From NCBI GenBank assembly GCA_035457825.1, contig DATIAY010000122.1, forward strand, positions 9,147-73,146: DNA of 64,000 nt. Reading direction: 5' to 3'. Every line of letters starts with the position of its first letter. Within the stretch, counting starts at the first letter, position 1. The notes below the pieces were generated by a model that was not told where the DNA came from, ran no database searches, and saw only the letters and a list, made by a program, of their open reading frames with translations. Below are positions 8,977 through 18,386 of this stretch, in pieces. The DNA comes from Candidatus Methylomirabilota bacterium (GTDB lineage: Bacteria; Methylomirabilota; Methylomirabilia; Rokubacteriales; CSP1-6). Position numbers and translations under genes: made by a program.

Positions 8977-10573
8977 CGTGCCCCTGCGCGCGCCCCGCCG
9001 CTGGCACGGCGTCTGGCCGGCGCATCTGCCGTTGACGCTGGACTATCCGCGCGTGCCCGCCTGGTGGCTGCTCGAGCGCAACCTGGCGCGCTTTGCCGAC
9101 CGGGTGGCGCTCCGCGAGCTCGATCCCGAGACCCTGGCCGAAGGACGGACGCTGACCTACCAGGCGCTCTGGCGGGCCGCGCGCGGGGCGGCCACCGGAC
9201 TGCGGGGCGCCGGCGTCGAGCCGGGTATCCGGGTGGCCTACTGTCTGCCCAACGGGGCCGACCTCGTGATTGGCTACTACGCGACGTGGATCGCCGGCGG
9301 CGTGGTGGTGCCGGCCAACCCGGGCGCGCGCGAAGCCGAGCTCGTCCAGCAGCTCGGTGACGCCGACGTCGCGCTCGTGGTCGGAGCGTCGGGCAGCGTG
9401 GCCCAGGCGGCGGCGAGCCGGCTCGGGGTCCGGTTCATGGACGTTGCGAGCTTTCGCCGCCTGGCCGAGCTGTCCCCCGCAGAGCCGGTGTCCGGCACCC
9501 CCGAGGACGACGTGGCCGTGCTCCTCTATACCGGCGGGACGACGGGGACGCCGAAGGGCGCGATGCTCAGCCACCGCAACCTGGTGGTCAACACGATCCA
9601 GTTCGCCGAGTGGTACACCTTCGCTCCCGGCGCGGAAACCGCGGTGTGCGCGCTGCCGCTCTACCACTCGGGCGGGATGTCGGGGGCGATGAATGTCCCG
9701 CTCTACGCGGGAGCCACCTGTCTCGTGCTGGCCCGCTTCAGCGCGGCGGCGGTGGCCCGCGCCATCACCCGCTACCGGGCCACCCGCCTCTTCGGGGTGC
9801 CCACGATGTTCATCGCGCTGCTCAACGACGAGGACGGCCGGCGGGCCGACTACTCGGCGCTGCGCGCCTGCCGCACCAACGCCGCGCCGCTGCCGCCGGC
9901 GGTGAAGGCGGCGTTCGACGCGCTGGTGGGGCGCGAGGTCCTGATCGAGGGGTACGGGCTGACCGAGACGAGCCCGCTGACGCACGCCAATCCCATCGGC
10001 CGCGCCAAGGCGGGCTCGATCGGCGTGCCCTTGCCCGACACCGACGCGCGGATCGTCGACGTGGATCGGGGCGTGGATGTGGCGGCCGGGGAGGCCGGCG
10101 AGCTGCTGGTCTCTGGGCCCCAGGTGATGCTCGGGTACTGGAGACGGCCGGCGGAAACGGCTCAGGCGCTGCAGGACGGCTGGCTCCACACCGGCGACAT
10201 TGCCCGCATGGATGACGAGGGGTATTTTGTCATCGTCGATCGCAGCAAGGACCTGATCAACACCGCCGGCTTCAAGGTCTGGCCCCGCGAAGTGGAAGAG
10301 ACGCTCTACCTGCACCCGGCGGTGAAAATGGCGGCCGTGGTCGGGGTGCCTGACGATTACCGGGGCGAGGCCGTCAAGGCCTACGTCGTACTCCGGGACG
10401 GAGCCGGGACGGCCCCGAGTGCCGAGGCGATCATCGAGTTCTGCCGGCAACGCCTCACCCCCTACAAGGCGCCGCGACTGGTCGAGTTCCGGACGGAGTT
10501 GCCCATGACGACCACCGGCAAGCTGCTCCGCCGTGAGCTGCGCCGCGAGGTCTCGCTGAGAGGAGAGCCATGA
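8954..10573 (+). CDS. AMP-dependent acyl-CoA synthetase/ligase (long-chain-fatty-acid-CoA ligase-like)
   Basis: Contains LLYTGGTTGTPKGA, GYGLTETSP, GWLHTGDIARMDDEGYF and a C-terminal TGKLLRRELR. TTG start at 8954; GTG at 8978 is an alternative. Confidence 0.85.
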   Translation: MPPSPPPDVPLRAPRRWHGVWPAHLPLTLDYPRVPAWWLLERNLARFADRVALRELDPETLAEGRTLTYQALWRAARGAATGLRGAGVEPGIRVAYCLPNGADLVIGYYATWIAGGVVVPANPGAREAELVQQLGDADVALVVGASGSVAQAAASRLGVRFMDVASFRRLAELSPAEPVSGTPEDDVAVLLYTGGTTGTPKGAMLSHRNLVVNTIQFAEWYTFAPGAETAVCALPLYHSGGMSGAMNVPLYAGATCLVLARFSAAAVARAITRYRATRLFGVPTMFIALLNDEDGRRADYSALRACRTNAAPLPPAVKAAFDALVGREVLIEGYGLTETSPLTHANPIGRAKAGSIGVPLPDTDARIVDVDRGVDVAAGEAGELLVSGPQVMLGYWRRPAETAQALQDGWLHTGDIARMDDEGYFVIVDRSKDLINTAGFKVWPREVEETLYLHPAVKMAAVVGVPDDYRGEAVKAYVVLRDGAGTAPSAEAIIEFCRQRLTPYKAPRLVEFRTELPMTTTGKLLRRELRREVSLRGEP

Positions 10574-11544
10574 CGACACGCCTGCGTGCTCCCATCATCC
10601 TCGTGGCCACAGCGTTGCTGCTGGCCGGCCTGATGCGGGTTGAGGCTGGCGCCCAGGAGCGCTTCCCCAGCCGGCCCATCGACTTCATCGTCCCCTGGGG
10701 CACCGGTGGCGGGGCCGACGCGATGGCTCGTCAGCTGGGCGCGCTCGCCCAGCCCCTGCTCGGCACGGCCTTGCCCGTCTCCAATGTCCCCGGCGCCTCC
10801 GGCAACACGGGGCTGGCCCAGCTTTTCACGGGCAAGCCCGATGGCTACACGGTCGCCGTGTACATCCAGGACACGCTGATGACCATCCCCATGGGGCTCG
10901 CCCGCCACAAGGTCGAGGACCTGGACTGGATCACGCGGACCCAGGTCGCCGACTCCTTCCTCTTCGTCAAGGCCGACGGGCCGTTCAAGACGATCCAGGA
11001 GCTGCTCAAGCACGCGCAGGCCAACCCCGGCAAGCTGCGAGTGGCGGCCACCGGCTTCGGCAGCGTGGACGACGTCACCGTGCGGTATCTCGAGAAGAAG
11101 GGCTACAAGCTGACGACGGTGCCGTACCCCAAGCCGGGCGAGCGCTACGCGGCCACGCTGGGCGGCCACGCCGAGGTGCTCTATGAGCAGGCTGGTGACG
11201 TGCTGCAGTACCTCAAGGCCGGGCAGCTGAAGCCGCTGGTGATCTTCGCCGAGAAGCGCCACCCCGCGTTCGCGGAGGTGCCGACGTCCAAAGAGCTGGG
11301 CCTGGACATCACGCTGCCGCAGTTCCGTGGCGTGGTGGCCCGGAAAGGGACGCCCGCCGATCGCGTGACGGCGCTGGCCGCGGCCTTCCGCACGGTCATG
11401 GACACGCCCCAGTGGAAGAAGTTCGCCGACGAGTGGTACATGAGCCCGGAGAGCTATCAGGGACCCGAGCAGTTCACCCGCTGGGTGAGCGGTGAGGTGG
11501 CGACTCTGGAGCAGCTCGTGAAGGAGTTCGGTCTCCGCAAGTAG
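10570..11544 (+). CDS. tctC: Tripartite tricarboxylate transporter substrate-binding protein (Bug/TctC family)
   Basis: Signal peptide plus FPSRPIDFIVPWGTGGGADAMAR.., characteristic of Bug/TctC. Confidence 0.85.
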   Translation: MTTRLRAPIILVATALLLAGLMRVEAGAQERFPSRPIDFIVPWGTGGGADAMARQLGALAQPLLGTALPVSNVPGASGNTGLAQLFTGKPDGYTVAVYIQDTLMTIPMGLARHKVEDLDWITRTQVADSFLFVKADGPFKTIQELLKHAQANPGKLRVAATGFGSVDDVTVRYLEKKGYKLTTVPYPKPGERYAATLGGHAEVLYEQAGDVLQYLKAGQLKPLVIFAEKRHPAFAEVPTSKELGLDITLPQFRGVVARKGTPADRVTALAAAFRTVMDTPQWKKFADEWYMSPESYQGPEQFTRWVSGEVATLEQLVKEFGLRK

Positions 11545-11546
11545 TC

Positions 11547-12053
11547 ATGACCCGCCTGGCGCCGGCCCTGGCGCCCCTCGCCGGCCTCGTGCTCGCGCTC
11601 GGGCTGCTGGCCGCCACGCGCGGGCTCGACGATCTCGCGCGCGAGGGCCAGCTCGGCCCCGGCTTCTGGCCGCGGCTGGTGCTGGTGGGACTCGCGACCG
11701 TGTGCGCGCTGCGCGTCGTCGTGGCGTGGCGTGGCGCGTGGGCCCACCGGGTTGCCGACCCCGATGCGGCGCCGCTGGCCCGAGGGCGACTGGCGATCGC
11801 CGTGGGCCTGATCCTGCTCTATGTGATCGCGGTTCCGGTCCTGGGCTTCCCTCTCGCGACTGCCGGCTTCATCGCCGCGTTCATGATCGTGGCCGGCGCC
11901 CGGCAGGCGAGGGGCGTGGCCGCGGCGGCGGTGGGCGGCACCATCGGCTTGCTCTACCTGTTCGTCAGGGTCGTGTACCTGCCGCTGCCCAAGGGCGCCG
12001 GCCCGCTCGAGGCGGTGACGCTGTCACTCTATCGCCTGCTCGGGATCTTTTGA
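11547..12053 (+). CDS. tctB: Tripartite tricarboxylate transporter small membrane subunit TctB
   Basis: 168 aa with four hydrophobic helices (GPGFWPRLV..), positioned between tctC and tctA. Confidence 0.75.
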   Translation: MTRLAPALAPLAGLVLALGLLAATRGLDDLAREGQLGPGFWPRLVLVGLATVCALRVVVAWRGAWAHRVADPDAAPLARGRLAIAVGLILLYVIAVPVLGFPLATAGFIAAFMIVAGARQARGVAAAAVGGTIGLLYLFVRVVYLPLPKGAGPLEAVTLSLYRLLGIF

Positions 12054-12054
12054 G

Positions 12055-13599
12055 GTGGCCGAGAGCCTAGCCTATCTCGGCGTCGGCTTCCAGAACGCCT
12101 TCGCGCCCGTGAACTTCCTCATGGTGGTGCTGGGCCTGGCCATCGGGATCCTCGCCGGCGTGCTGCCAGGCATCACCATGCTGAACTCCATCGTGCTGGT
12201 GCTGCCTTTCACCTATCTCATGGGCATCGTCCCGGCGCTGCTGCTGATGATCGGCATCTACTGCGGCGGGGTGTTCGGGGGCTCCATCACCGCGATCCTC
12301 TTCAACATCCCGGGCGACCCCATGAACGTGCCCACGGCGTGGGAGGGCCACCCGCTCAATCGCCAGGGCCGGGCCCGCTACGCGCTCGGCCTGGCCATCA
12401 TGGCCTCGGCCATCGGGGGGCTCGCCAGCGCGCTCTGCCTGGCGTTCTTCGCTCCGCCCTTCGCCCGGTTCGCGCTCAGCTTCTCGACAGTGGAGTTCTT
12501 CTCCGTGGTCGTGTTCGGGTTGGCCAGTGTCTCGGTGCTCGGGCACGCCTCGGCCACCGGAGCGCTCATCTCGCTGCTGGCCGGGATGTTCCTGGGCACG
12601 GTGGGGACCGAGGCCCAGTACGGCGTCGAGCGCTTCACCTTCGGCGTGCCATTCTTGAGGACGGGCGTGGACTTCGTCACGGTCCTCATCGGGCTCTTCG
12701 CCATCGGCGAGATCCTCGACCAGCTCGCCGGGCCCTCGACCCAGACGGCAGCGGTCACGAAGACCCGGTCGGTGCCTCGGCTGCCGCTGCTCGACCTGTG
12801 GCCGCTCCGGGGGTCGCTGATCCGAGGGACAGCCGTGGGGATCGCGGTGGGAGGACTGGCTGGCGCCGGGGCGACGGTGTCGTCTTTCGTCGCCTACGGC
12901 CTGGAGAAGCAGGTCTCACGCGACCCCGAACGCTTCGGGAAGGGCCACGCCGGCGGGCTGGTGGCCGCCGAGAGCGCCAACAACGGCTCCACGGGCGGGG
13001 CCATGATCCACCTGCTGACGCTCGGCATCCCCGGCAGCGCGGCCACCGCCGTGATGATGGGCGTGTTCCTCATCCACGGTATCCAGCCGGGCCCCTTGCT
13101 CTTCACGCGGCAGCCGGAGCAGGTCTACACGCTGTTCGCCGGCATGATCCTGGCCAACGTGCTCATGATCGGGCTGGGGTTTCTCGCCGCGGTGGTCTTC
13201 GCCGCGCTGATGCGGGTGCCGGCCTCCATCCTCAACACCCTCATCGTAGTCTTCTGCTTCATCGGCGCCTTCGCGCTGCGCAACGACATGGCCGACGTCT
13301 GGCTCACGATGCTCTTCGGCGTGCTGGGCTTCGTCATGCGCCGCTGGGATCTGCCGGTGCCCCCGATGGTCATGGGCATCATCCTGGGCCCGATGGCCGA
13401 GCAGTACTTCCTTACCTCGATGGTGTCCCACGGCAACGATCTGTCGGTGTTCGTCACGCGCCCGGTGAGCGCGGTAGCCCTGGGGTTGGCGGCGGCGGCG
13501 GTCGCGTGGGCGGTGTGGCGGAGCCAACGACAGCCGGTTGGCGAAACTGCCGAAGTGCCGAATCCGACGAAGGGGTCGCCAACCCCAGGTGCGCGTTAA
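12055..13599 (+). CDS. tctA: Tripartite tricarboxylate transporter large permease TctA
   Basis: 514-aa polytopic protein with GVLPGITMLNSIV.. and GIPGSAATAVMMG, typical TctA motifs. Confidence 0.85.
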   Translation: MAESLAYLGVGFQNAFAPVNFLMVVLGLAIGILAGVLPGITMLNSIVLVLPFTYLMGIVPALLLMIGIYCGGVFGGSITAILFNIPGDPMNVPTAWEGHPLNRQGRARYALGLAIMASAIGGLASALCLAFFAPPFARFALSFSTVEFFSVVVFGLASVSVLGHASATGALISLLAGMFLGTVGTEAQYGVERFTFGVPFLRTGVDFVTVLIGLFAIGEILDQLAGPSTQTAAVTKTRSVPRLPLLDLWPLRGSLIRGTAVGIAVGGLAGAGATVSSFVAYGLEKQVSRDPERFGKGHAGGLVAAESANNGSTGGAMIHLLTLGIPGSAATAVMMGVFLIHGIQPGPLLFTRQPEQVYTLFAGMILANVLMIGLGFLAAVVFAALMRVPASILNTLIVVFCFIGAFALRNDMADVWLTMLFGVLGFVMRRWDLPVPPMVMGIILGPMAEQYFLTSMVSHGNDLSVFVTRPVSAVALGLAAAAVAWAVWRSQRQPVGETAEVPNPTKGSPTPGAR

Positions 13600-13626
13600 C
13601 CGCGCGACACTGTTGACGGCGGTCCT

Positions 13627-13641
13627 GGGCATGCATGTTGC
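13627..13641 (+). promoter_or_regulatory. Candidate sigma-54 (-24/-12) promoter
   Basis: GGGCAT-gcatg-TTGC, with GG (13628-29) and GC (13640-41) separated by 10 nt as in TGGCAC-N5-TTGC. Lies 70 nt upstream of the small ORF at 13712. Confidence 0.4.
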
Positions 13642-13711
13642 GTAGAGAGTCGCGCGAGATCACGACAGGCCGCGCCGTTGACAGCGGGCGCGGTGGAAAG
13701 GGAGGTCCTAG

Positions 13712-13891
13712 ATGCGCGCGACTCACACCAACATCAGCCGGACGTGGACTGACGTCGTGGACCGGGTGCTCGGCTACACGGGACTGTTCATCATCGGGGC
13801 GATGGCCTGGGCCTGCGACCGTGCTGGATATGGTCCCGTCTCCGCCTCGCGGCCGTCCGTGCACGCGATACCGCAGCGGGTCGCGCGATAA
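13712..13891 (+). CDS. Small (59 aa) hypothetical membrane protein, below the ORF-track cutoff
   Basis: ATG preceded by GGGAGG at a 6-nt spacing. GC3-rich codons and one hydrophobic helix (VLGYTGLFIIGAMAWAC). Confidence 0.4.
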   Translation: MRATHTNISRTWTDVVDRVLGYTGLFIIGAMAWACDRAGYGPVSASRPSVHAIPQRVAR

Positions 13892-13910
13892 CCGGCGTCC
13901 GGCCGGCGGG

Positions 13911-16900
13911 TCAGGCGCTCCCTCGTGCGGTGTCGGGGCCGGCGAGGGCGCGCACCTGCCGGACCACCGGCGACCCTTCCAGGCTCGCGCGGAGCGCGGG
14001 ATCGCTCAGGCCGGCCAGGACCCTGTCGATCACGCTCCGCGCGGCGATGGCGGCAGAGCGGGCCGCATCGGGCCGCCCGCGCTCGAGCTCCAGCCGGGCC
14101 AGGGCCGCGTGGGTCCTCCAGAGCTGCGGCGGGTTGCCGATCTGCTCGGCGATGGCGAGGGCCTGGCGCAGCGCCTGCTCGGCATCGTCCCACCGCCTGC
14201 GGCTCCGCGCGATCTCGCCGCTCAGGCGCCAGCCCTTGACGAGATTCTTGCGGGCGCCGGTGCGGGCCGCCCGCTCGAGGCAATGCTCGGCCTGCTGGCG
14301 GGCTCGATCCAGATCGCCCCGGGCGAGCCACAGCTCGCCCTGGCTCGCCGCCAGGCGACTCAGGTAGCGGAAGCGCATCCACTCGCTGGTGGCCGGGTCG
14401 TTCGCGTAGCGCTCGATTCCCTCGAAGAGCTCGGCGGCCAGCGCGAGATCGCCCTTGGCCAGGAACACGTCTCCCAGGTTGATCTCGGCGTTGGGGATGG
14501 TGCCGTCGTCCTTGCGGCGGCGTCCGACCTCGGCGCTGCGCTGGTTGAGATCCTCGGCCGTGTCGAGGTCGCCGAGCTCCAGGTGGAGCCAGCCCAGGCA
14601 GTTGAGCAGGCGATGATGGATGGCCTCGTCGCCCAGCTTCTCGGCCAGCGCCAACCCCTCCCGGTACCCGACCTGCGCGGCGTCGTAGTCGCCCTTGCCG
14701 ATCTGCGCCAGGCCCCTCACGAACAGGCCGAACAGCAGTGGATAGAGGAGCCCGTGGCCGCGGGCGATGGCGACTCCCTCGGCGTGCAGGCGGTCCGCGG
14801 TGGAGAATTCGCCCTCCCAGTTCCAGGTGAGGCCTGCCGCGGAGAGCGCCAGCGAGTGATTCACGTGATCGCCGGCGCTGCGGCCGGTCACGATGGCGCG
14901 CTCGAGCTGGGCGCGGCCTTCCTGCCACGATCCGGTGACGGCCTGGATGAAACCCATCGTGAAGTGGCTGCGCGCCAGAGCCGACTCGGCTCGCACCGGC
15001 TCGCCCACCTCGATAGCTTGCCGGGCGTGGGCGACGGCGCCCTTGAGATCATGGCCCCACATGGCGGCCCAGGCGAGCGCCGCGAGCGCCGCGCTCTCCC
15101 GGACACGATCTCCCGCCTCGCGAGCCAGCGTCCGCAGACGCTCGGCCTCGGCCCGCGACCGCTCGAAGTCGCTGACCACGAAGTGCAGGTTGGACCTGGC
15201 GTCATGGATGGCCATGACGGCCGTGAGATCGACGCCGGCCGGCTGGCGCTGGGCAGCCTCCAGCGCTTCGTCGTAGAGGGTCAGCGCCTCGCGGGTGGCG
15301 AAGCTCTCGGCCGCCTGGCCCGCCGTGGCCAGCAGATATTCGAGGGCCTTGGGCCAGTCTTCGGCCCGCGAGAAGTGGTGGGCGAGCAGGCCGTAGTGCT
15401 CGGACAGGCGATCGGCGTTCAGGTCCTCGATCGTCGCGCCGATCCGCCGATGCAGGTCGCGACGCTCGGCTGCCGGCAGCGTGTCGTAGGCAACCTGATG
15501 AGTCAGGGCATGCTTGAACGCGTACATGGGCTCGGGGAAGAGCGTCTTCTCGTACACGAGCTCACCCGCCGTCAGCTCCCCTAGCGCCCGCTCAACGTGC
15601 TCGGGCGGCCCGCCCACGAGGTCGAGCAGGCGCCGGCCGAAGTCGCGACCGATGACCGAGGCCGCCTGCAGCGTGCTGCGGGCCGCCGGGTCGAGGCGGC
15701 CGATGCGGGCCAGGATCACGTCCTGGACGGTTTCGGGCACCACGACCTGGTCGAGCGCGCGGGCCAGCGTCACCCGGCCGCGCTCGCGGCGGAGGGAGCC
15801 GCCTTCGAGCAACGACCGCACCAGCTCCTCGACGAAGAACGGATTGCCCTCGGCCCGGCCGGCGATGAGCGACTCGAGTTCGGGCGGCAGCTCCTCGGCG
15901 CCGAGCACGTCGCGAGCGATCCGCGCGCTGTCGGCCGTGGAGAGCGCGGTGAGGGCCAGGCGCGTGGTGACCGTCCGATCGCCGAGCGGCAGCGTGTACC
16001 CAGGACGGCAGGTGAGGATCAGGAGCAGGCGCTTGCCGGCGGTCCGGTCGGCCAGCGCGGCGATCCACCGGGCCGTGGCCGGGTCCATCCAGTGGGCGTC
16101 CTCCAGGACGAGCACCTGGGGACGGCGCTCGGCCGCGCGCTCCAGCACGCGGTGGCAGGCGGTGACGACCTCGGCGTGACGGAGCTTGGCGTCCATGGCC
16201 GCCACACTGGGATCACCGGGATCTACCGAGAGGAGATAGCGCAGGAACGGCAGCGTGGGGCGCAGGTCCTCGCCCAGGCGCAAGATCCGGGGCTCGAGCT
16301 TCTCGATGACGACGGCCTCGGGGTCCGTCTCTTCGATCCGGTACGTCCGGCGCGTCATCTCGATCACGGGGTGGAAGGGGCGCGCACCCCCGAAAGGCAG
16401 GGCATGCCCGTCCGCCCACGTGCAGACGCCGGCCAGCCGCCGCCGGAGCTCGCTCAGCAGGCGGGACTTGCCGATGCCGGCCTCGCCGACGATCGTGATC
16501 ACCTGGCCCTGGCCGGCCCGGACCTGCTCGAATCGTTCGATGAGCAGCGCCAGCTCGCGGTCGCGCCCGACGAAGCCGGCGAGAGCGGGGTCAGCCTGGC
16601 CCGTGAGCCGGAACATGCTGTCGCTGGCCGGTAGCGGTATCAGGTCGAACGCGCGCGCCAGGAAACCCGCGGCTGCCCGGCTCACCACGATGCCACCAGC
16701 TTCGGCCCGCTCCAGCAGCGCCGCCAGCGCGGTCCAGCCCGAGGCGCGCCCGGCGGCGTCGATGGTGAGGGTGTCGACCGTCTGGACGACTGTGACCGGC
16801 TGGGTGTGGATGGCGATCTTCACGTCCGGGCGGTTCTCGTCTTCGCTCCTGGCCCGGCTGGCCAGAGCCCGGAGGGCCAGGGCGGCGTTGGCCGCGCGCC

Positions 16901-18164
16901 GAGGGGCATCCTCGGTCGGCTCCAGGCCGAAGGCGGCGACCATCTCGGTGATCGTGAGCTCCTGAGGACTCCCACCGAATGCCCGGACCTTTTCCACCAC
17001 CGCGTCGAGCGCCCGTGAGGCCTCGGACGTCGCCGCGTCGGCTCGAACCAGGACGAGGCGGACCTGCAACAGCGTGACCCGTGCCTCCCACTGCCGGGAG
17101 GTCGGGGCGGCGGCCGATGGAGCCGGCGCAAACGGGCGTGGCGTACGAGGGGGCCGGCCGCCCCGGCGGCGGGCCGGTGGTCCCTCGGCGTCCAGACCAT
17201 GACGTTCCAGACGGTAGCGCAGCGTGTTGCGAGGAAGCCCGAGCCGCTCGGCCGCCCGGGAGATGTTCCAGCCGGTGGCCGAGAGAGCGTCCAGGAGCTG
17301 GGCCCGCTCGTTCGCCTCGTCGAGCCCGCCAGCATCGGCCCGCGAGGCCGGGACCGCGGAACCGGCGGCGGGGGTCGAAGGCAGGCCCAGGTGGCCGGCC
17401 TCGAGCGTGCGCGCGTCGGCCAGGAGCGCGGCTCGCTCCATGACGTTCGCCAGCTCGCGGACATTGCCTGGCCACGCGTACTCCTGCAACGCGGTCCGCG
17501 CGCTCGGGGATAGCGTCTTCGGGGCCAGGCCGTAATCCTGGCAGGCCCGGGCCAGGAAGTGCTCGGCCAATTTCTCGACGTCGCCGCCGCGCTCGCGCAG
17601 CGGGGGCAGCTTCAGGGTGACGACGGCCAGGCGGTGGTAGAGATCCTCGCGGAAGCGGCGGGCTCGCACCGCGGCGGTCAGGTCCTCGCTGGTCGCTGCC
17701 ACCACCCAGACGTCGATCGGCTCGCTGCGCGTGCTTCCCAGCCGCCGCACGGAGCGCTCCTCGATCGCGCGCAGCAACTTGGATTGCAGGCCCACCGGCA
17801 ACAGCCCGACCTCGTCGAGGAAAAGGATGCCGCCGCTGGCCGTCTGGAAAAGCCCGGGCTTGGCCTGGCGCGCGTCGGTGAAGGCTCCCCGTTCGAAGCC
17901 GAACAGCTCGGCCTCGAGCAGGGTCTCGGGAATCGCCGCGCAGTTGACGTCGACGAACGGCCCGGCGGCACGGATACCGGTGCGGTGGATGGCCGCCGCG
18001 AGCAGGCCCTTGCCGGTGCCCGTTTCCCCGAGGATCAGGATCGGAGGTGGCCGCCGCATCGGGCCGCTGGGCGGGCGCAGCACCCGGACGACCTGATCAC
18101 GTAAGGTCGCCATGGCGGAGCTGTCACCGAGCAATTCGGCCAGCGCGGTCATGACGGGCGTCAT
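13911..18164 (-). CDS. Giant regulator: sigma-54 interaction AAA+ domain + Fis-type HTH + degenerate cyclase-homology domain + AAA_16/STAND P-loop NTPase + TPR array
   Basis: Walker A GETGTGKG, GAFTDA loop (17871-17888), Walker B ILFLDEVG and WPGNVRELANV. HTH is NISRAAERLGLPRNTLRYRLERHGL. Second P-loop is GEAGIGKS, followed by about 500 aa of TPR-like helices. ATG 18164 is preferred because the codons from 18266 to 18165 are AT3-rich and look non-coding; the track start is 18266. Confidence 0.8.
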   Translation of the reverse strand: MTPVMTALAELLGDSSAMATLRDQVVRVLRPPSGPMRRPPPILILGETGTGKGLLAAAIHRTGIRAAGPFVDVNCAAIPETLLEAELFGFERGAFTDARQAKPGLFQTASGGILFLDEVGLLPVGLQSKLLRAIEERSVRRLGSTRSEPIDVWVVAATSEDLTAAVRARRFREDLYHRLAVVTLKLPPLRERGGDVEKLAEHFLARACQDYGLAPKTLSPSARTALQEYAWPGNVRELANVMERAALLADARTLEAGHLGLPSTPAAGSAVPASRADAGGLDEANERAQLLDALSATGWNISRAAERLGLPRNTLRYRLERHGLDAEGPPARRRGGRPPRTPRPFAPAPSAAAPTSRQWEARVTLLQVRLVLVRADAATSEASRALDAVVEKVRAFGGSPQELTITEMVAAFGLEPTEDAPRRAANAALALRALASRARSEDENRPDVKIAIHTQPVTVVQTVDTLTIDAAGRASGWTALAALLERAEAGGIVVSRAAAGFLARAFDLIPLPASDSMFRLTGQADPALAGFVGRDRELALLIERFEQVRAGQGQVITIVGEAGIGKSRLLSELRRRLAGVCTWADGHALPFGGARPFHPVIEMTRRTYRIEETDPEAVVIEKLEPRILRLGEDLRPTLPFLRYLLSVDPGDPSVAAMDAKLRHAEVVTACHRVLERAAERRPQVLVLEDAHWMDPATARWIAALADRTAGKRLLLILTCRPGYTLPLGDRTVTTRLALTALSTADSARIARDVLGAEELPPELESLIAGRAEGNPFFVEELVRSLLEGGSLRRERGRVTLARALDQVVVPETVQDVILARIGRLDPAARSTLQAASVIGRDFGRRLLDLVGGPPEHVERALGELTAGELVYEKTLFPEPMYAFKHALTHQVAYDTLPAAERRDLHRRIGATIEDLNADRLSEHYGLLAHHFSRAEDWPKALEYLLATAGQAAESFATREALTLYDEALEAAQRQPAGVDLTAVMAIHDARSNLHFVVSDFERSRAEAERLRTLAREAGDRVRESAALAALAWAAMWGHDLKGAVAHARQAIEVGEPVRAESALARSHFTMGFIQAVTGSWQEGRAQLERAIVTGRSAGDHVNHSLALSAAGLTWNWEGEFSTADRLHAEGVAIARGHGLLYPLLFGLFVRGLAQIGKGDYDAAQVGYREGLALAEKLGDEAIHHRLLNCLGWLHLELGDLDTAEDLNQRSAEVGRRRKDDGTIPNAEINLGDVFLAKGDLALAAELFEGIERYANDPATSEWMRFRYLSRLAASQGELWLARGDLDRARQQAEHCLERAARTGARKNLVKGWRLSGEIARSRRRWDDAEQALRQALAIAEQIGNPPQLWRTHAALARLELERGRPDAARSAAIAARSVIDRVLAGLSDPALRASLEGSPVVRQVRALAGPDTARGSA

Positions 18165-18285
18165 CCTATCGCGAAGTCGCGGGCCACGCCGGGAAACTGA
18201 CGAAACCGCCGAATCGGCAGTTTGCTCGGGTTGCATGCCCGAGGCTGAACAGCTATAAATGCTCATCGTCTAAGGCAATCGGGTC

Positions 18286-18301
18286 TGGCACCAAAGCTGC
18301 A
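18286..18301 (+). promoter_or_regulatory. Sigma-54 (-24/-12) promoter upstream of the SBP56/mtoX operon
   Basis: TGGCAC-caaag-CTGCA against the consensus TGGCAC-N5-TTGCA. Lies 86 nt upstream of ATG 18387, which is preceded by AAAGGAGGGA. Confidence 0.6.
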
Positions 18302-18386
18302 CTACAGCACGTCATCTCGCGGCGTCGGCGAGTGGGCCGCCGCATGCGACAACCAAACGAACCGATCGAGCAAAGGAGGGACGCCA

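Noticed and set aside
8900-10579. Very long ORFs antisense to, or out of frame with, recognisable genes. Examples are 29..1426, the first 618 codons of 3549..6101, 6294..7496, 8900..10579, 13635..15584, 43100..44473, 59085..61199 upstream of 60470, and 61272..63080.
   Set aside because: Their translations are Arg/Gly/Pro/Ala-rich low-complexity strings with no motifs. Each overlaps a gene with clear family signatures on the other strand or frame. This is typical stop-codon depletion in very GC-rich DNA.
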